From a virus: a stretch of DNA of 64,000 bases. The DNA is taken from positions 29,965-93,964 of the IMG/VR virus record IMGVR_UViG_3300029429_000001. One strand, written 5' to 3'. The position numbers and the translations under genes are program-made. The notes under the pieces are model-generated. The model did not search any database and had not been told where the DNA came from. It worked only from the letters and a program-made list of their open reading frames with translations. Shown one piece after another: positions 58,867 through 64,000 of this stretch (position 1 is its first letter; the number at the start of each line of letters is the position of its first letter).

Positions 58867-59826
58867 TTACTCCTGGCCATTGCCTAAATTGGTTGAATTT
58901 GTACTAATTTCTTGCCCGTCACCCAGCTGTTTAACAATGCCTGGAGCCACTTGCCCATCACCTAACTGACCACTTAACTCGAGACGGTGAATTGGTTCGT
59001 ACACGATCGTTAAGCCGTCATTAGCATTAAGGGGTTTATCTACCGGCCAAAAATCCAGACTGACAGCATCCACCAGCATGAAATCGTCTTGTGCGTACAC
59101 GTCCATGGTGTCCACAGTGCCCTTATCAATCTTGGGGAACATGATCACATTGGTATCGATGGGCAGCTGAGCCTGGTTAGGTCCGGACGGGTTGACCACA
59201 TTGGGGAGGTAGGCGCCACTGGCATTGATCGCCAGATCGTTAAAGGTGACACTCAAAATAAATCGAATGCCGTCATAGACAATATGTAGCGGGATAATTC
59301 GATCTAACTGCCCGCTAATAATGCTCGTAATTTCTGCTTGGCTTATATCCGCCTCAAGCATTGAGCGCACATCTATTTTGTAAAAGCCTCGAGACGTTAT
59401 AAAGAAATCCGCCAGGTCTTCACCAAACTCATCTATCTGGGTTTTAGTGCGCAAAGAGCCTATGTCATAGGTCCCGGAGATAGGGCTGTAATATGGATTC
59501 CACTTAGCATCCAAACCAACAAACGAACGCTGCAGCATGGCCTCCATAGGAATCGATGTAGTTTTAAATTTAAGGTCCCCGCGGCGCCATAAAATCGAAA
59601 GCGGCTTCGATGTGGCATCGTTCCACTCGACGTTAAACACATCGCCGGCTTCCTCGATCATTAAATCAAGGTCCTCATCGTCTGCCGTAAAAATACTACG
59701 GCGCCGTTCCTGGCGCGCAATGCGATCAAAATAGTGTTGGAACAACTCGTCGAAACACTCGATTAGTTCCTGCCATATAGGCTCTTTTTTAAGAGCCTCA
59801 GGCAGGCGATCTGCCAGGAATCCCAT
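58867..59826 (-). CDS. baseplate protein (P1 gp16-like)
   Basis: Synteny after bplA; RRSIFTADDEDLD, IIPLHIVYDG. Confidence 0.7.
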   Translation of the reverse strand: MGFLADRLPEALKKEPIWQELIECFDELFQHYFDRIARQERRRSIFTADDEDLDLMIEEAGDVFNVEWNDATSKPLSILWRRGDLKFKTTSIPMEAMLQRSFVGLDAKWNPYYSPISGTYDIGSLRTKTQIDEFGEDLADFFITSRGFYKIDVRSMLEADISQAEITSIISGQLDRIIPLHIVYDGIRFILSVTFNDLAINASGAYLPNVVNPSGPNQAQLPIDTNVIMFPKIDKGTVDTMDVYAQDDFMLVDAVSLDFWPVDKPLNANDGLTIVYEPIHRLELSGQLGDGQVAPGIVKQLGDGQEISTNSTNLGNGQE

Positions 59827-61337
59827 TAGCTATACCCCAGAATAATTTTTTTATTCTCAGGCAAAATAACCTCGCCAGATAACACGTACTTGGATTTATC
59901 GAGATAGATAAAATGCTTTTTATTGTCTATGGCAGTAGTGCCAGTCAGGATGATTTCCACGTCAAAATCCTGGTCGAATATGTTAAGTTTTCTCAAATAT
60001 TCATAGATATCACGCTTTAGTGGCTGCCTTTTTTCTGCCTTGGAATCCTGGCCATACTTCTCGAAAAGCATTCCTTCAATGGCTTTTTCAGCACTCGAAA
60101 GGTCCCAGCTGCGCGGTACGGTACCGGTAATCTGTACATCAAAAATTCCAGTAACAGGCGGGACCATTACAAATTCTTTATTGAGCTGGGGGATTGCATC
60201 AAGGGCCGCACTTATCCGATCGGAAATAGGCGGCAGGATACTGCTCGGGTCCAGGGGATTACCGTCATCGATAGCAGCCTGCACCGCCGCCGCCTGGATT
60301 TCATCCTGAGGATCATAGGCAGCCACATATATTTTATTTACGAACTCGCGACTTAATCCGGACTCCATCACCTCTTGATCTCTCTCCCCCCAGAAACTAA
60401 CCCACGTCATATTGGGGAATTTGCCATTCAGGAAAAAACTATAATCCTCTCCCCACACATGCTCTTCATCAAAAGTTTCGTAATACAGCGAGTTTTTACG
60501 GATCGATTCAAGGTCCTCTTGGGCGGCGCCGCCACTGATGGTGGTTTGAACCACAAAATCATAATTGGGGTAGTTGCCCACGGGCTTTAATTTTTCATTA
60601 GCGATTAAGGTGGATTCACCGGCCGTTAAATGAAGGGTAACGCGCACCACATCACCAACCTGCAATTGCTTACCTACAATGCCGGTACCGAATCGCACGC
60701 CAAACGAATCTGAAGTGGTATAGAACTCATCGTAAACCTTGCTATCAGAGCTAGCGTTTCGCAGCCGGCGAGACAATGTAAAAGGCTCGAATCCGGCGCC
60801 CGCCTGGTTCACCTCGACAAAAATCTCAGCTATTCGCGGGCTGAATTCTTTCGGCAAAATCACCTCATGGAACGGGCTAGAAGTGACCACCTCCTCTTCA
60901 ATGGACGTGATTTCTATTTGACTAACAGCCACATAACCCACACTGGTACCCGGATCAAATTTAACGGTGTCTTGGGTCAGGTAGGAAACAGAGCCGCCAG
61001 ATAAAAGCGGGATATCGCGGGCCAGGTCATAATTGGCTGCGGCCTTATCCGTTACCTTGAGTATGCCAATAGAGGGCCGGGGCTTTCTTGGGGTATATTG
61101 TCGATCCTCAGATTTCGCCAGGACCGATGATCGATGAATAGCAGAATGTAAATGGCTTTCACGCTCCACACTATCGGCGCGATGGTGGGCAGCCACGCTT
61201 AAGTGGGCACCAAACGCCGCCATAGTATCTACCAGCGGATCATTCAAAGCCGCCTTAAGATTGGGTTTGTTGGACGCGATCTTTAAGAAGAGCGCCTTTG
61301 TGGATTCAATGTCTGTAAAATTGGTATCAGTAGTCAC
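59826..61337 (-). CDS. bplA: baseplate wedge protein (BplA / baseplate-J-like)
   Basis: HRSSVLAKSEDRQYTPRK, VRFGTG..GK, ISGGAAQEDLESIR, VWGEDY. Confidence 0.82.
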   Translation of the reverse strand: MTTDTNFTDIESTKALFLKIASNKPNLKAALNDPLVDTMAAFGAHLSVAAHHRADSVERESHLHSAIHRSSVLAKSEDRQYTPRKPRPSIGILKVTDKAAANYDLARDIPLLSGGSVSYLTQDTVKFDPGTSVGYVAVSQIEITSIEEEVVTSSPFHEVILPKEFSPRIAEIFVEVNQAGAGFEPFTLSRRLRNASSDSKVYDEFYTTSDSFGVRFGTGIVGKQLQVGDVVRVTLHLTAGESTLIANEKLKPVGNYPNYDFVVQTTISGGAAQEDLESIRKNSLYYETFDEEHVWGEDYSFFLNGKFPNMTWVSFWGERDQEVMESGLSREFVNKIYVAAYDPQDEIQAAAVQAAIDDGNPLDPSSILPPISDRISAALDAIPQLNKEFVMVPPVTGIFDVQITGTVPRSWDLSSAEKAIEGMLFEKYGQDSKAEKRQPLKRDIYEYLRKLNIFDQDFDVEIILTGTTAIDNKKHFIYLDKSKYVLSGEVILPENKKIILGYS

Positions 61338-61732
61338 AATTGCACCTTGCCTGTGTAAGCGGTTACGCCCTGGCTGCCAGGGTAATAAACAGTAAGTGAT
61401 AGGAGGTCGCTCTCAGTGAACTCCCCGCTAATGCCAGTAATCTTTACTGAGGGCATATCGCGTCTAAGCTTGCGAACGGCGAGCATCTGGCTCACCACTA
61501 TTTCATCGTGACCACCTACCCCAAACAAACGAGACTCGAACGGATGCCCCCATCCCGGCCTGCCCTGTAATGCCCCCTCCGGAACAGAGAACCAAAACGC
61601 CAACAAAGACGCGGTAGAGTTACTATCCGCCAGCCGCTTTATTCCAGTTGGGCCCAACTCTAAAAACGGGCTAATTAACTGTGAGTCGGCGCCCTCGCTT
61701 GGCCTATGGAGTAGGCTTGTATCAATACTCAT
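61334..61732 (-). CDS. gp25-like baseplate protein (P1 PmgA-like)
   Basis: WFSVPEG...GRPGWGHP...KLRRDMP; synteny. Confidence 0.7.
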   Translation of the reverse strand: MSIDTSLLHRPSEGADSQLISPFLELGPTGIKRLADSNSTASLLAFWFSVPEGALQGRPGWGHPFESRLFGVGGHDEIVVSQMLAVRKLRRDMPSVKITGISGEFTESDLLSLTVYYPGSQGVTAYTGKVQL

Positions 61733-63852
61733 ATTTTGTCGTGCGCCATTAGGTTGATTAGCTCGCTATCGAACTCAGTAGGAATGACAGGAGGGTTATA
61801 GGCATCTCGGGTACCCGTGCTCGACTTAGCCGGCGCCAGGTCTTTAATCGCTTTAACGATGGGGTCCGTGATGGACTTACTATCCAACTCGGGTTTGACC
61901 TGGACACGTTCAAGTGGGTTTTTAGGCCTGGATTTTTCGGCCGCTTGTTTTGCCTGGAGCTCGGCCTTGGCCACTTGATCAAGGCTGATTTTTTTCACTT
62001 CCGGAGCCGGCGCGATCGGCTCGGCTTCAATCTTTTTAACACTGTCTTCTTTTGTTTTTCTTAGCTCGGAAACACTTACCATTGGCATAGCGTCGCCCTT
62101 GCCATCTTTAGGCATGGACTTGTCGCTTTTCTTGAGTAGATCCTCGGGCTCATCGGCTAAAAAGCCACTGGCCATCTCTCCCACCCATTCACCGGCCTCA
62201 GATCCAGCAATACCGCCAATAGCACCACCAACCAACATACCTATGGGACCCAAGAAAGCACCAAGGGCAGCACCCGTTGCGGCGCCGGCTAAAGCACCAC
62301 CGGCAGTAGCCGCCACTTGAGTCGTTTTCTGGGCAGTATTGAGCTCGTCATCGTCTTTAACGTCGATAAACTTAGAGACACCTGCAGTTAGCGCAGCAAT
62401 GGGACCCCCAATTTTTACCAGCTTGCTTATGCCCGTCATCATGCCGGCGCCAACACCCGCACCAGCACCCAGAATCTTATCCTTAAGGCTTTTTAATAAT
62501 CCCCCTCCACCAAGGGATAAACTACTGCCACCACCACCGCCGTTTTCTTCTATGGCATCGGTTATGGCCGCCGTCTGGTTATCGAGTGAGTCCACCAGGG
62601 CATCGGTTTGTTCATCCTGGATTTCTCTTGCATTGCCCTGTTCAGCCTCGCGAGCTCTTTGCTGAGACTTGCGCCTTTCTACCCCTGCCTTTACAGCACC
62701 AACGGCTCCACCGGCCGTGTTTCTAACATCGCCAACTACTGCCCTGGCTTCACCGGCAACAGCGCCGGCAGCACCTCTAACAGATCGCGCAGCATTGCCC
62801 GCCCCTGTCCTGGTTCTCTGTACTCCGGTACTGATAAAATTCTTGGCAGTGCCATAAGCTTTTTTGGTAGCAGCAATCCCGGCCTTTGCCGACTTGATCG
62901 GATTGCGAATGATTTTGTATGCGCCCTTAACCATCGAGAAGGTTTTTTTAATACCCTTCTTAAGATTCTTAACACCTTTTTTTAAGCTGGCGGTTGCCTC
63001 GTCTATATTGCCAACGCTAGCTAGAATCTGTTTACCCACCATCCAGTCGGCACCAAAAGAAGCCGTTGCGGCAGCATCGGCAACACGCCCACCGACCTCG
63101 ACAGTTTTGGAGCCCTGCAGAGCGCCCAAACCTTCCATAAGTTTTTTAATAACGCCTGGCTTATTTTCCCGTGCACCCTCCTGAGCTTGCTCAGCTGGGC
63201 TTTGTTCATTTCCACTCGGGCCCTGCTCAATATCCGCTCGCTCTTGTCTTGATAGGAATCGGCCACCAGGTCCCCGGAGTGGTGCCACTCTAGCCGGCGC
63301 CGCTTCCATAGATGCCACTGGAGCCGCTTCCATAGATGCCACCCTAGCCGGCGCCGCCTCCTGGTTTGTAGCCTGGGTGCGAACGGCAACAGGTCCGGTA
63401 TCCTGGGGGGCCTGGCTTGAGGTATTTTCTGTGATCGTCTCCGGAGTACTGGTCCTATTAACCCGGGCTATTTCGGCTGGCGGATCAATCGGCGCCGACA
63501 TAGCAGCACTAGGCCGGCGACTTCTTGTGATCACCACGGGGGCCGGGCTATCCTCGAATGGAATAGATCCTCTCCTGGGGCGATCACTGGCCCGAGGCCT
63601 ACGAGAGGCCCTAGGTTCGATATACGGGGGCGCGCTCATGGTCCCAATTGCAGGCTCAGTATTTTCTACTCGAGCCGGCCTAGCTATCGCTTTAGGTGCA
63701 CGGACTTCACGCTTGGTTAGCAGCCTGTAAATGCCGCGCAGCTGGTCCCGTATCGCCTCAAATATCCCGGTATCTTTTTTAGCAGCCTTGCTGAGATCTC
63801 TTGGCTGGGAAATGACCCTAAGATCATCGGGCTTAGTTTTAACGGCTCGCAC
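61729..63852 (-). CDS. tape-measure-like protein (P1 Sit position)
   Basis: GAGGAG RBS plus GTG 63852; Gly/Ala hydrophobic segment GAALGAFLGPIG; synteny. Confidence 0.7.
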   Translation of the reverse strand: MRAVKTKPDDLRVISQPRDLSKAAKKDTGIFEAIRDQLRGIYRLLTKREVRAPKAIARPARVENTEPAIGTMSAPPYIEPRASRRPRASDRPRRGSIPFEDSPAPVVITRSRRPSAAMSAPIDPPAEIARVNRTSTPETITENTSSQAPQDTGPVAVRTQATNQEAAPARVASMEAAPVASMEAAPARVAPLRGPGGRFLSRQERADIEQGPSGNEQSPAEQAQEGARENKPGVIKKLMEGLGALQGSKTVEVGGRVADAAATASFGADWMVGKQILASVGNIDEATASLKKGVKNLKKGIKKTFSMVKGAYKIIRNPIKSAKAGIAATKKAYGTAKNFISTGVQRTRTGAGNAARSVRGAAGAVAGEARAVVGDVRNTAGGAVGAVKAGVERRKSQQRAREAEQGNAREIQDEQTDALVDSLDNQTAAITDAIEENGGGGGSSLSLGGGGLLKSLKDKILGAGAGVGAGMMTGISKLVKIGGPIAALTAGVSKFIDVKDDDELNTAQKTTQVAATAGGALAGAATGAALGAFLGPIGMLVGGAIGGIAGSEAGEWVGEMASGFLADEPEDLLKKSDKSMPKDGKGDAMPMVSVSELRKTKEDSVKKIEAEPIAPAPEVKKISLDQVAKAELQAKQAAEKSRPKNPLERVQVKPELDSKSITDPIVKAIKDLAPAKSSTGTRDAYNPPVIPTEFDSELINLMAHDKI

Positions 63853-64000
63853 GGATTTTCTCCTCAAGGCGCTTATGCAGACTCATAAACTCACTGACCG
63901 GCACAGCGTCTAAACTGGCCAGGTCTTGAGTGGCGAAAAACACCAGATTGGATTTCATTACTTGCCAATCCTTAATAGAGTGAGGGAATAAAGAAGTTGC
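63839..64000 (-). CDS. end of a putative tail assembly chaperone and an overlapping extension frame
   Basis: One frame ends NFFIPSLY* at 63972; an overlapping frame stays open to 63839, just before the tape measure gene. Confidence 0.45.
   Translation of the reverse strand, partial: ATSLFPHSIKDWQVMKSNLVFFATQDLASLDAVPVSEFMSLHKRLEEKIRASR

Larger units (their letters stand above)
1..64000. mobile_element. P1-like phage-plasmid (partial genome)
   Basis: P1-type darA/darB/hdf/ddrB/ulx/hxr, prt-pro and baseplate genes occur together with an iteron plasmid replicon; no host housekeeping genes. Confidence 0.92.

Noticed and set aside
24648-63913. Many plus-strand ORFs of 60-230 aa in the ORF track
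   Set aside because: They are antisense shadows of long minus-strand structural genes, without recognisable motifs.

Overview
The whole window is part of a P1-like phage-plasmid (a temperate contractile-tailed phage kept as a plasmid), probably from a gammaproteobacterial host. No host chromosomal genes, integrase or invertase are visible. From left to right: (1) a lysis cassette (MazG-like pyrophosphatase, holin-like protein, signal-peptide lytic transglycosylase, i-spanin); (2) an early accessory region with an Acb2-like anti-CBASS sponge, an ADP-ribosyltransferase-like ORF, tRNA-Gly(TCC), ssb, dNMP kinase and rdgC; (3) a double replicon (RepA with 18-bp iterons and DnaA boxes, plus a nested RepL module); (4) RecE/RecT/AAA ATPase; (5) pro-prt head genes; (6) one consolidated anti-restriction block (hdf, darA, ddrB, hxr, an extra 956-aa polyvalent protein, darB, ulx); (7) tail genes, including a 2520-aa seven-module fibre. 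The intergenic DNA holds several cis-acting patterns: five late promoters with an exactly spaced AACACACWTTCR box, a 17-bp operator palindrome, three 11-bp-phased RRTAYY arrays (one directly before an RHH + membrane-protein pair, a possible atypical partition system), 19-bp and 44-bp tandem arrays, and clusters of predicted RNA structure. A recurring [IV]LD motif may mark head-protease cleavage sites in capsid-packaged proteins. All homology calls come from motif recognition by eye, not database searches.
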